Assembly: GCA_015680685.1 (NCBI GenBank)
Contig: MNCI01001065.1
Coordinates: 366,602-430,601, forward strand
Source: Gnetum montanum
Taxonomy: Eukaryota > Plantae > Gnetophyta
Length of the DNA: 64,000 nt
Reading direction: 5' to 3'
Under the pieces are notes generated by a model. That model was not told where the DNA came from, made no database searches, and saw only the letters and a list, made by a program, of their open reading frames with translations. This document shows, piece by piece, positions 52,150 to 64,000 of the stretch. The stretch's first letter is position 1; each line of letters begins with the position of its first letter. A program made the translations under genes and the position numbers.

Positions 52150-53870
52150 TGATGAGTCATGTTCCAACACACTCCGATATTGGATACCTGATATCGAAGT
52201 CGTGACATTGGATACTTGATGTTCGAGCCTAGGACGCGATGTCAAATATTCAATATCGCGGGGTATATGCTAGCCTATGAATATAGCGGTTGGGCTCATT
52301 ATTTTTAGATAGATTTTCATAGTTTTTGCATACAGTAGCGAAGCTCTTATAGTTTTTTTTTCTCTAGAGTTGGGATATTTTCTAAGTGCCCACAGTAGCA
52401 GTCTAAGTGTGTACAAATCTTTGTTCGAGCTCTAATATACCTAAGCACAACAGTGTGACAGGAATAAAAATGAACCCTTTTGATAATCCTTCTAGCACTG
52501 AGAATAGATTAATGTTTCCTTTAATGCACTTTACTTTCATGAACTTTACTTTAATGCATTTAAATTAAGCAATTAATTTTTAGTTGTTAATGAACACAAG
52601 CAAGACCACTTTAAGCATACATATAGTGTTTGGTAACCCAACAATGTTTAATGTTTGGTAGCTTAGCAGCACTATATGTGTTCAGGATGTGTCCAGGAAA
52701 GTGGGATAGGTACTTGTGTTAGGCTAGCTAGGCAGTGAATGAATTACATCTTAAATTATGCTTCCTTTCATTCTTGTTGTAGGTGATTAAATATAAAATG
52801 ATAAAAATCATGTACCTCACTTATAATTAAACCATATCCTTGAGCTTCACAAGTGTAGTTGGAAAGACAACGAACAGTCTCAATGCCCATTTCACTTCCT
52901 AGAGGAACTAGTGTACTAGAGAACTATAGGTCCATGTAATTTGACCAAATTGCATGTGAATACCTTCATTATTTGTATGATTGGACATAGCGATACCTTG
53001 CTACTCATCAAAATTCCATACTCATTTTGTTTTAAGTTGAGGCCAAGTTCTCAGTTAGTTGTGGGGGCATGATAAAACCAAAAATATTTTAGCAATGATA
53101 TCGTAGTTATGATATTATATCTATGATTTCGTAGATATGTTATTGTATCTCAACATACGTTATCATATAAACGATATCGCGGGTGCATGGTAGCCTATAT
53201 AACCAACACTTAGGCACATGGATCTACAGTAGATACATTAGCATAGTAACAAAACTCTTTCAATTTTTTTTCTTGAATTCAGTACTTAGTAGTATGTGCT
53301 TGCAGTGTGTTGTTTGTAATTGAACAAAGTCTTTGTTCAAGTGTGATGTACTTAGATGCATTGCATGCATGATAATAAAGATCAAGATTACTCTACATCA
53401 TTGCAACAACGCTTAGTTTTATTTCTATTTCCATTTAGCTTAATGTTTACTGTTTACTATTTCCATAGTTAATGTTTACCATTACTTGCAGTCTACTTTT
53501 AATGTTGTTAAGAAAAATGAGTATGACTAATCTCGAATACGTAAGTGTAACAACTTGGTAACCTAGTAGTACTATCACTTAGTACGCCTAGTAGTGTGGT
53601 ACTTGATAATCCTAGTAGTACTTGCACGAAGTCCAAGGTGTGACTAGAAGATCAGGACTGACTACTCATCACATAGGCTAGTTTAGATTTGTTTTACTAT
53701 CATTAATATTTAGAAACCTTTACTTTCACTTCATGTTTATTAGGAGCCTAATGGCTAATTTTACATCAATATTATATACCTCATCGTGAGTTAAACCATA
53801 TGCATTGATTTTACTAACTCATGTGATAAGACAATTATTAAAAATGCTAATCAATTACTGGTATAATCAC
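52150..53870 (+). repeat. Two diverged, related LTR-like segments (about 52150-52870 and 53070-53870)
   Basis: Shared blocks GATATCGCGGG…TAGCCTAT (52253, 53172) and TTAAACCATAT; PPT-like GTGGGGGCA followed by TGAT at 53061-53073. Confidence 0.4.
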
Positions 53871-53879
53871 ATTGCCTTA

Positions 53880-55890
53880 TATGTGNATGGCTTCTCCCAT
53901 CCATATTTGGTTTAACTTAATCTTCAACACGTGACTGTCCAATCTCATCAAAGCTTGAAGGTTCAAGATCCCAAATAGAAGTTCCCAATTCCAATGATTT
54001 CTCCTCTTCAAAGGAATTATCAACAAGCTATTCATCCCACTTTGGAGGTACCAATTGAAAAGGTAAACTCTCATGCATGGATTTAACATCAAATTTGTTA
54101 AAAAAATCATCAAAGCAACCATTCTTCCACAGACCTTAGCTAGAAGACTCACCTCTCTTCCACGAGATAATCTTAATTTGGCTTAAAATATCGTTTCCCT
54201 TACCACAAGGTATAGAACAGTCACAAAAAGAATGAGTATCATAGCTTCGAGTAATGTCCTTGACCCTTCTTAAAGAAGTTCCTTGATCTTAGCCTTTCTT
54301 TTGGCTTTGATCCTTCACCCTCCATGACTCATGAGGTAGGAGCTCTTCTTGATTAGTAACATATACCATCTTGGACTTTGAAGATCTCTTGGTCCCTTTG
54401 ATGAAGCCCTTGGTCTCTTTCCTTGAAACCTTTGAGTATTGAGCACTCCCTTATTTAGTAAGAGATGCTTGAAAACTCCTCTTCTCATTGGCCACTACTT
54501 CATCAGATCCTTCATCTTTGTTCCTTCCTTGTTGGCTAGAAGATAACCTCTCAATTCTTTTCAAAAGACTCAATGTGTTAGCCTTAATTTCCTCCATATA
54601 TTTCTAAGCTCCTTTACACTAAGAGACATAGATGCCATACTTGGAATTACAACACAATCCTAAGCAACATAAAAATTACAAGAGCCACAACTCTTCTTTA
54701 AGCTATGAGCACAAAACACAAATTCCCAAAACCCCTTTTCAAGTTATGAGTACCAAACACAAACATCCAAAAGTAATTTTGGAGTAGCTAAGAAGATTCA
54801 ACTCAAGATATGAAAACCAAAATGTAATTCTCACAATTCTTACAAATCCTAGCTATCAAATCTAATGGATACCTGAAACAATAATAATTTCCAATATCCA
54901 ATATAATTGATCCCTCAAATTAACCAAATGAGTTTTATCAAACCCTCATTGAGCATGGAAGTTACATCAATTCAAACTATAAACCAAAATTGCACTGGAG
55001 ATGAATGAACTCCTTGTGTGGTGATGTAGAGGACTCTTCAACTTGAGTAAATTATTTTTAAATCTTTTTCTTTAATACCAAGTTGATGAGAACCAAGCCC
55101 CAACATCCCAAATGGAAGCCAAATCCTACAAATTTCTTACAAGAACACACAATGGAAAAAAAGAAAAGAAAAGAAATAAAACTCTTTATTCTTGCTTGAA
55201 AACATGAAGATTTATACAAATGTTGGAAGCAAACATCCCAAGGATAGGCAACACTCAAGATCCTCACAATCACACTTCCGTCAGATAAGACATATACCAA
55301 ACAATGATGGCTCTCATCACTCCCTCACATACAATTGCCCATGATGGCTGCAATAAGAATAGAGTGCTTAAGAAGAGCTCATACTCTCTCTCCCAAGACA
55401 CTCTATTGATGCTTTCTAGTCTCCTCCTTTGAGACTAAAATTCTTTCTTCTTTTTAGCCTGATTAGCTTAATTAGCCTATCAAAACTTGGGCTTTGATGC
55501 CTTTTTATAACTTTCTAAGTGATCCTTCATCTTTCCTCCAAATTAGAATTAACTTTAAAGTTTGTTGGAATTTGTATGAGACATCTTAGAGAAGCAGGAG
55601 GTGTATTTCTTGAAATAGCCATTTCTTAAAGGAGACACCTTGCAAGAGATGTCTTGCCTATTGGGTAGACATCTTGCATGTTGAGGAGACATCTCACTTG
55701 CTAAGGCTAAACACAAAGATTCTTGTTTTGAGAACTAGCACCTTTGAATACGTCCAAACTAGTTCCCATAGATTCTTGAACCCCATAAACTCATCAAAAT
55801 GAGCCCAAAACACTCCCAAACATGTCAAGATTTAAAGAAAAGACCCCATCATTGGAGAGATGGTTCATTAGCCTATTTGATATCGATATC
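53880..55890 (-). mobile_element. Fragment of another LTR retrotransposon: decayed gag-like region, degenerate tRNA-Met-like PBS (about 55069-55080) and LTR-like segment (about 55084-55890)
   Basis: TCTTTAATACCA-AGT-TGATG resembles the reverse complement of LTR end plus TGGTATCAGAGC; the adjoining minus strand looks like decayed coding sequence. Confidence 0.35.
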
Positions 55891-56664
55891 AATCTAGTGT
55901 AGAAGACCTTTTTCTAAACCTTACTTATGAAATGACACATAACTTATTTCATTGTGCCCAAGATTCTAATTTTTTTTCCGAAATGGTACCTCAAAATTTT
56001 TAAACCAAGTTACTAATCATAATCAATTATAATTATTTAAATATAATTTGTCTCATTTTTTTAAAAAGCATAATTTTATTAATCATTGATTGTCTAGTCA
56101 ACCTATTTTGAAGTTCTTTAATAGTCATTTTCCAAGTCTCTCTCTAGACTAACATACGATAATTCAACATATAATTCTTCTACATCTACAAATTTTTGAA
56201 AAGCTAATTTCTCAATTCCCTCTAGTACTTTATCATACATAATTAGTAATATATTTGGGAGCATGCAACTAGTTATGGTATTTGTCTTGGGATGAAACAA
56301 GTTCTTTTATAACTCTTTTATTTATATGAAATATCATTGTTTGGAAAAACTTGATTTCTAAAATATTTCCAAAAATTTTATGGATCGAGCTTACTTGATC
56401 ATTTTCATCATTTTGTTTTGGTGCTCTTTTATAAAATTTTCTTTTTTCTCTCAAGGAAATTTCATGTAGTCCTTCTTTAAAATTTTTTATTACAATAATT
56501 TTTTATAACTAACCTTGCTTGTAGAAATTCTTCATCAAATCACTTTTGGTTACCCATGTAAAATTTTGTTGTAGACATTTTATATGTATCATAGACAAAA
56601 GTAATCTAGACCCCTCCTATCTCCTTTGACGTTTCAAAAGCATTCCACTGCTACTCAAGCAAAC

Positions 56665-59600
56665 CATCACACCCCAAAATTTACACTTAAATAATCCAAA
56701 TTTAAGTCCCACACAACTTATTATTTGTGGAATTTGACATTATGATGCATATAAACAAAGGAGAATGAACCCCATATGCATTAAAAATCTTAACCAAAGT
56801 GCATGGTAAAATTAGAATTCACACAACAAGTTCGTAGCTTCAAAAGAGAGTTTATAATATCCATCATTACAAAAGCTTAAATACATCATGATCATCATAA
56901 CAACATAATTAAAATCTAAAAACATAAAGGAAAGCTTCAAAGATGTAGCTTCATCACCATCAAGCTCTTAGCTTCTACCACCTACATTTGTATCCCCACA
57001 TGCTGGAAGGGTTAAAAATCTTCTAGTAGAGCTAACCACATTGGTGCACCTAGAACAAGCTAACTAATGAGGCACACGTTGCATAAGAAGTCATCTCAAG
57101 ATCCATGAGATTAGAGACCAAAAGATAAATCCAAAACCATGATATCCACAAAACATCAAGAGATAAGAAAATTGAGAATGTACTAGAATCAATAATTCAC
57201 ATGGATTATTGGTCTACAAAGTTTTCACATATGTTGGATGTTATCACTAACCCTTCTCAAGGATTATTTGATCAACCTCACCTAATATTCGATGGATAGA
57301 ACTTAGAAACAAACTCATATGAATTACCCACCCTTGAGCTTTGTATCATGAATACAAACCGCATGACATTCATAAGTGACATGAGTAGACATTAATCGGC
57401 TAAACAATTCTCCCATGATGCTTATGCAATGTCATAATCTACGTGCAATCATAGGCAATGTGAATTAAGCAAGGAAGCCAACCCTACTTTCCACAATGCC
57501 TACCCATTAACACTTAGATCTAGCTACCAAGGATATGTTCATAAATAATGTGGGTCAAGTTCTAAAGGCTATCCTAGACTTTCTACAATGCTTAACTAGC
57601 AATGCCATTGAAATGCATCATCAAGAGGTTGGGAAGAGCCACCAAAGGTCAACAATGATTCAAGATCATAAGAACAACATTAAACAAATAAGAAAATAGC
57701 AACCACAAGCTAATCACAAAAATCATGTGTTTTACTTGATTTTGGGTGCATTCTAAAACACCATGAAATTTCGAGACCTCAATGATTCAGCAAAGTCTCG
57801 AAGCTTAGGCAAGGATTTTCACAAGCGCAGCGTCAAGACATCCGAGTGATGGAAGCACCGAAAAATAGTTGCACATCTCAGCAAGTTTTTTTTTCGGCTA
57901 AGGGCCTGCTACGCTACACTACGCAGCATAGCGTAGCAGACTTCAGGAGGACAGGATAGAACAAGGGATGCATGGTGACAACACTTCAACTTTGCAAGTT
58001 AACCATGCTTCAAAATCTTAACTTTTTGCGTGTTACACTGCATTACGCTATGTAGCGTAGCGCAGCGTAACGCAAACAACATAATTGATATAGGTGCAAC
58101 AACAAGGATAGAAAAATTCAAATAGTAGCAATCATTACACCACGATACGCTTCCTAGCATATCGTAGCATAGCCGCGGGACAGTTTATTCTTTTTCACCG
58201 AAGATCTTGAAATCCTTCAACGCGAAAGACAAGGTTAAAGATTGCTTCTCTTTTTTAGAGTGGTTACGCTATGCTACACTTCAGAGTGTAGCACAACATA
58301 GTGTCACAAGCTTCAGCTGCAGCATGCCAGGTCAATGACATTTTGCGGGCCCAGGACACCCATCATCTAAACCACGTTCTTCTCCTAACCCTAATCCTAT
58401 AAATACCTCAGCGGACAGCGCTCAAAGGGTTGGCAAAAAAAGGTTGGTGTTTTTTGTTGGCTAGTTGATGAAAAAAACAAAAAGAGTTGGCAACAAAAAA
58501 AAGAGGTCGAAAAATTTGAGTCAGTTGACGAAAGTTGGCAAGAGCATCAACAATGATAAAGAGAAGATTTTTGGCCAGAGATTGTAAGTTAGTGAGCATT
58601 TTTCTTCGAGCCTGACTCCCTTGCACCCAGATTGGCTAGTGAATAAGGTAGATTGGCCCTTTACTTGTTTAATCTCTAAATAGCTTCTTGTTGGTGGTGA
58701 ATACTTCATCCAAACCGGAGTCCGCTTGCAAATCTCGTTGTATTCATCATATTTGTCCATAAGATAGATCCCAGATCTCGGGATCGTGCATTTTATAAAT
58801 TCAATTCATTGCATACTATTTATGTTGATTTTTACAGTCGTTTTGCATAGTTTACATCGTTTTCATTGCCTTCAAGATCTGATCTTGGAGTAGATCTCGT
58901 ATTCTCGTCAATTGGTATTACGTTCTCATATCAAATCGTCATTTCATTACACAATCGTTAACAAATTTACTGACTAAGTAAGTCCCTGTCTGATTAACAA
59001 GACCGTTCAAGGCACCTTGGATTCGTTTTCTCCAGCACGGCCCTCGCATGAATCCGGGGTTGAAACTATGTACACGGAAATCCTCTCGATGTTTCCAGCA
59101 ACCGACGTTTTCTATCGTTACACATTCCAATGTGTTTTAATGAGTTCAAGATGTCTTGGGGTTAAAGTGAACTTATTTGAGCACAAAACAGAGCTTCATA
59201 CTTTAGTTTGGATGGTTTTCCGAACAACCTTGGCAAGTGAGACATCTTGACTTGCAAGGAGACATCTCTGGTTTTGGTAAGACATCTTTGGGTTTGTTAA
59301 GTCATCTCTTGCAAAGAGTTATCTCAAGTAAGATGTCTTCTCCACTAGAGAGACATCTTCTGGAAGACATCTCATCCACTAGAAAGATGTCTCCTACAAC
59401 TCTTGGTACTTCGAGAAAGTTGTCTCCCTGGCCTCTAAGATGTCTCATTTGGATAGGAAAAAGAGTGAAATGACTATAGAAGATCAATAAGAAGACAACA
59501 TTCATTCGACAAGCCAGTGATAATAATAATTGGATCATAGAAATTGTGCACAAAAACAAAGCTTAGAGACATGTTACTCTACCTTAGCAACTTTAGCTAC

Positions 59601-60253
59601 AACAAAGTTGATTTGCAACACACAGAGTTGAAAGTCAAGAGATTGGATCACCACAAAGAGGAAGAAATTATTGACAAGAGTAATTGATGCATGAGAGATG
59701 AAAGCTATCAATTAAATACAAGACCATAAATGTCTAGCCAATATAACAACAATGGCTTACAATGGATTATCTCCTTAATCAAAAGCATGATAAATGGAGA
59801 AGTTTAGATAAGAGTTTGGTAAATAATAGAAAAAGACCTAAGTAATGTAGGAAAAGAAATAGATGAAAGCTTTGTGTAAATTTATGAAAATATGATATTT
59901 TTCAAAAACTCCTATCTATTAGTTCACAACATGTGCTACCTTCCATCAACTTGTTCTTAGTAGGAAACTCCAAGAAATTAATAACATCCAAATCCAAAAG
60001 CTCAATAAAACAATATTAACAAAAGATGCTAGTTGATGCCAAAATGAGAATTCAAAAGAGAAAAATTTTGAAAAAGGAAGTCTATAAAAATATAAGGCAA
60101 GTTAAATAAAGATAATTAAAAGATTCACAAATATAATGGAACACAAAAATTGTTACAAGGTGATGAAAGATCAAACCCTCCACCAAACATAAGTCAACAA
60201 GATATCATAAAAGTTAAAGGTAGACCAAGGGGTCAAGAACATAGGGTGTTACA
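56665..60253. mobile_element. Probable solo LTR with chromovirus (Tekay/Del)-like termini, TSD CAAAC, containing a nested solo LTR
   Basis: CAAAC at 56660-56664 and 60254-60258; termini (CA)TCACACCCC…GGGTGTTACA form an imperfect inverted repeat. Confidence 0.55.
57754..59122 (+). mobile_element. Solo LTR related to the element C family (1369 bp), TSD CATTC
   Basis: T(A)AAACACCATG…ATCGTTACA, collinear with 24647-25880; CATTC at 57749-57753 and 59123-59127; no PBS or PPT. Confidence 0.93.
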
Positions 60254-61607
60254 CAAACCCTTGTATACTATGTAGTATATTAGAAAGCATATGAATGCAA
60301 TATTAGTAGAATAATAAATATTCAAGATTATACTTCAATAAATGAGAGCAAAGGATAAAACCTTACAAGTGCTAATAGCAAATCTTCTCATTGGGTTTAC
60401 TTTGTTAATAGAGAAGGCAAATTCTAAAATAGTCTTATTAAAAAATAGAAGTAACAGGAGATATTTTTACACATGTTTAAGCTATTGAAGGGAATATCCA
60501 AAAATAATAGGAAACATTTTGATAGAATAAGATATGGCTACTATGATAATAGAAACATTTTGAGAAGAAGAGAAAATATAAAAATTCCTAAATTCTTTAT
60601 TGTTATCTAAACATTCTTATTGTTGACATTAACTTGACTTAAAATATCTTTAACTTTGTATTTTTTTTGTCTATCTTCGACTTCAACCCTTTTTTTTTCA
60701 TAATTGTTTTTTTAATAGAAAATGGCAAGCATTAAACAAATGTATGGTAAAAGTTGCAAGAATTAGGAAGATTATAACAAGTAATTTGCTGAATATAAGT
60801 CTTCCCTTGTACTTGTAATACTAATTCCTTTTTTCCAATTTAGAAATAGAGACACAAACCAAGAGTTAATTTATCAAGTGTAAAATAAATTCAAGAATTT
60901 TTAGGAAGAGACTGAAACTCAAATGGAAGTTTGTGGGTAAAATAAATTCAATAAGTTTTAATAAGATAGTGAAACTTAAATGCAAGATTGGTGTTTAGGG
61001 GTTGAACAATATGATTGCTCATAAGATTAAACTTGATTTAAAAGACGATGTGATGATGTTGTTGGTCGGAACTCGCCATTGCACTGAACCGGGTTTGAAA
61101 CAATCAAAGACGAGAACGTCATTAAACAATTCCTTGAACATATATTACATTAGGGAAAAACTATATCTTATATACCTCGCCTGCATTTTTGTTATTGAAC
61201 TTGTTCTTTTGGAAAACACCAGAGCTATCTGCAAACTTTTTTTAAAAAAAGAAAGGGTTAAATTAACCACAAAAATATGGATGTGTTTAGCCTTGCAAAC
61301 GATAAAAAGACATGTTTGAACTCACTGTACAATGCCTCACCCAGAACTTTGGAGGAGCACAGGGCAGAAAAATCGTTCAATAATTTATTTCAGTCAGAGC
61401 CATGAAGCCAAAAGCTCCGGCAAGCACGTAAAAATAACGATAACGTTCTTGAAACGAAGTTCAAAACCGTAATATTTCATCAGAAAGGTATTTTGCAGAG
61501 GCCCATGGTGTCTTCCATGGAAGTACAGCTTCAAGCAAAGGCTCAAGAGTTGCACGGATGCAATCGAAGCGTCTCTGCAAAATTTGCAAAAGCAAACAAA
61601 ACGGCTT

Positions 61608-62657
61608 TCAGCTTTCTGTTCCCCAGGAAGCTTCGGAAGAACAATCTCTGTAGATCTGCAGAAGTTCAGCCTCATAGACGTTTTTCGTGACAAAAACCTT
61701 GAAAAAATTCCTCTCTGAAATCGTGATGAATCGTTCCAGAGGCGGCAGCCGCCGTGGCCGTTCGAGCGGAACACCGGCGAGAAACAAGAAAACCTTATGC
61801 CGCGGCTGGATACGCTTCTCCAGACTAAGCCCTAGGATCATCGGATACTTCACCACGGCCGCCGGCGAAAGCCCTGCGACACCAGTCAAATACTCCATAA
61901 CCTTTCCAATCTTATCCTCGGAGCGCAAAAGCACACGCGGCGTCATGGAAATCAAGCGCAAGATGTCGTCCTTTGCAAACCCTAGGCTCCGCAGAAACTC
62001 CACCTGCCGCTCGGCGCGGAGCGGATCGCAGGTCAAAATCGTGGGATCCTTTCTGAACGCCTTGAGCAGATTCTCGCGGCCTTCCAGAATGTTCTCGAAG
62101 AACGTGATGTTCCGCGAGAGCTGCTTCACGTTCAGCAGCCGCGGGCCGCGCGACACGGCCCCGCCGAGGTCGCCGCGGGAGAATCCAAGAGATTTGATGA
62201 GGTCGAGCTTGGGGCGTAGGGTTTCGTCTGCTCTGTTGCGCAGCACGGCAGGGTTTTGCAGAACCAGAACGCGAATCTGCGCGACTGCAAAGCCGTAGTC
62301 GCGGAGCAGCTCTACAACTTCCCTAGCGCGCCGCAAGGACCGCGCCTGGAATACCTTCGGGTGCCGTTTTCGCAGATTTCGCAGATTTACCTGCGACAGG
62401 CCGCATTCTGTCTGTAGAAATTTCGCTATCTGCGGAGATTCGTCGTCGTCGTCCCGGATTTCTGCTGCCGGAGAGGAGAGCTTATGGCATGCTTTTTCGG
62501 TTACGGTTACTGCAACTGCTGCTTTATGTGGTAGCCATTGCCGCTGTATACCTACAGCAAATGAGCTCACTTTGAATCTGAAACAGGACGCCCTACAGAG
62601 GAAAGGGATGACCGCGGGAACAAAGACGGGGCAGAACACAATCCTTAGCAAACCCAT
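61608..62657 (-). CDS. Mitochondrial transcription termination factor (mTERF) family protein, 349 aa, single exon, likely organelle-targeted
   Basis: mTERF repeats (QNPAVL…TLRPKLDLIKSLG; VVKYPMILGLSLEKRIQPRH; SERNFFKVFV), N-terminal FLQTECGLS, transit-peptide-like leader, intact GC-rich ORF. Confidence 0.93.
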   Translation of the reverse strand: MGLLRIVFCPVFVPAVIPFLCRASCFRFKVSSFAVGIQRQWLPHKAAVAVTVTEKACHKLSSPAAEIRDDDDESPQIAKFLQTECGLSQVNLRNLRKRHPKVFQARSLRRAREVVELLRDYGFAVAQIRVLVLQNPAVLRNRADETLRPKLDLIKSLGFSRGDLGGAVSRGPRLLNVKQLSRNITFFENILEGRENLLKAFRKDPTILTCDPLRAERQVEFLRSLGFAKDDILRLISMTPRVLLRSEDKIGKVMEYLTGVAGLSPAAVVKYPMILGLSLEKRIQPRHKVFLFLAGVPLERPRRLPPLERFITISERNFFKVFVTKNVYEAELLQIYRDCSSEASWGTES

Positions 62658-62900
62658 TGTGCGTGGTTGAAACAGGATTTTGGATGTTGCAGATTCAAAA
62701 GGGAGAGTTTTTGAGGTCAGGGAGTGCCGGCATGTGAAAATGAACTATGGCAGCAACATCATATTTTTGTAAATTTACAACTTAAATCATTCGCAGTTCA
62801 GAGTCTCTGTTAATTGCTAAGTATTGTGTTCTGCCCCGTTTTTGTTCCCGCGGTCATCCCTTTCGTCTGTAGGGCGTCCTGTTCCAGATTCAAAGTGATT

Positions 62901-63030
62901 CTCCTATCAGTATTACTCTAATTTTGTAGTAAATTCTCCTATACCAGTATTACTCCAATTTTGTAAACTAATGATGTCTGTCCTATACAGTATACAGTAT
63001 TACTCCAATTTTGTAAACTAATGATGTCTG
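62901..63030. repeat. Three-copy tandem repeat (CAGTATTACTCYAATTTTGTA core) upstream of mTERF
   Basis: Cores at 62908, 62945 and 62995. Confidence 0.85.
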
Positions 63031-63374
63031 CCGAAGTAGATGATGTAGCTTTGGTTTTCATGTGGTATATTGTTTCCGGGCCTGTCGTGGTTGTTTTGTT
63101 TGTACGGAAGTGTAAGTGCCAGAAGTTGTACCTCTATTCCTGATCTTAATTTTTCTTTTTCTTTTTCTAAGAATTTCTTAAGATGCTCTTTCTCTTCCTC
63201 TTTGTGTGATGATGTATCAAGGCATCACATTCTTTACAACGATAATGTGAATCTATTTGTTTTAATTGTAAATGTCTACATGATGGATCTATTCCAGATC
63301 TAGAACCCTTAGAATAATCAACTTGTCTAATTTTCTTCTCTCTATTTTTCCTGTGCTCTCACCTTTCCTATTTG

Positions 63375-63448
63375 TTTTACTAATTTTCCTACTTCATGAT
63401 TCATTTCTTTTTTTTACTAATTTTCCTACTTCATGATTCATTTCTTTT
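63375..63448. repeat. Two-copy ~39-bp direct repeat
   Basis: TTTACTAATTTTCCTACTTCATGATTCATTTCTTTT twice. Confidence 0.85.
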
Positions 63449-63495
63449 ACAGATAAATGATCTGTTTCAGGTGAACAAGAACGAAAATATGTGTT

Positions 63496-64000
63496 TCATA
63501 ATAGTGGGAAAAGAGGTAATTTTTCTTTATCTTTGTTTAAGGGGTCTTGATCTAGGAATTTAGGTTTTTGTAACCTAACTTGAGTTCTTCGTTTTGTTCT
63601 TGTCGGAGTAGGCCCTAAGTATTCAAAATATGTTGAATACTTAGATGTTAAGTCTAGGTATTGTTTGTGAATAGGTAGACCTTCCATATCTATTTCTACT
63701 CCATATTCAAGGTTTGTCATGCCTACTTGCACCTGTTGGTCCCCAAAAGGTAACAAAGTTTGGATACTCGTAGTATTAAATAATTTAAAACACAACCTAG
63801 TACCTATAGTAGCATAGATTGTTTGATCATGCATGTTTATAGGAATATAAACAATTAACATAAGACTTTTACTAATATGTGGATCATGTAAGGATAATTT
63901 AAAGTTAGGGATGGTTACTATTAACGTATCCATTTCCAAAGTTCCTTTAGCCTATGTACTAATTGCATCTTTAAAGTTCTTAAATCTTTTATCAATCAAC
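63496..64000 (-). pseudogene. Endogenous caulimovirid-like 30K movement protein fragment (continues beyond the window)
   Basis: LIDKRFKNFKDAI…GTL…IPNFKLSLHDPHISKSLMLIV…RLCFKLFNT fits the caulimovirid MP pattern; AT-rich; in-frame stop upstream of the listed ORF. Confidence 0.7.

Noticed and set aside
61687-62298. 203-aa plus-strand ORF
   Set aside because: Antisense shadow of the GC-rich mTERF CDS with no recognisable motifs
62908-63003. CAGTATTAC three times, matching the Arabidopsis VANC21 target motif YAGTATTAY
   Set aside because: Produced by one local tandem duplication; no VANDAL/Mutator element evident

Overview
Land-plant nuclear DNA (the sequence does not fix the taxon; a non-flowering plant is plausible). 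About 1-50800 is a nest of four decayed Ty3/gypsy Tat-clade LTR retrotransposons. The old host element D (+, 4668-10207 + 23276-24646 + 41451-50793) is interrupted by element A (-, 5' LTR 3558-4667, runs off the left edge), element B (+, 10208-23270, TSD GGGGC, RT/RNaseH deleted) and full-length element C (+, 24647-41450, two 1234-bp LTRs). The A, B and C LTRs start T(G/A)AAACAC and are followed by a tRNA-Asn-type PBS. The unusual part is the internal layout shared by B, C and D. Gag-PR ends in its own stop. It is followed by a ~4-5 kb multi-exon, intron-containing ANTISENSE gene encoding an FCP1/NIF-like HAD domain without its catalytic Asp residues, a plant-transposon-protein-like domain, a coiled coil and an acidic tail. 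Then comes a separate RT-RH-aRH-INT ORF with its own ATG behind a splice acceptor. Arrays of a conserved hairpin-plus-TAAAACT motif with variable spacers follow gag-PR, precede pol and follow pol, and each family's non-coding DNA is loaded with its own AGCGT-core motif. The right end holds other LTR debris, a solo LTR nested in another solo LTR, one intact single-exon host mTERF gene (61608-62657, -) and an endogenous caulimovirid movement-protein fragment. All domain calls come from motif recognition by eye, not database searches.
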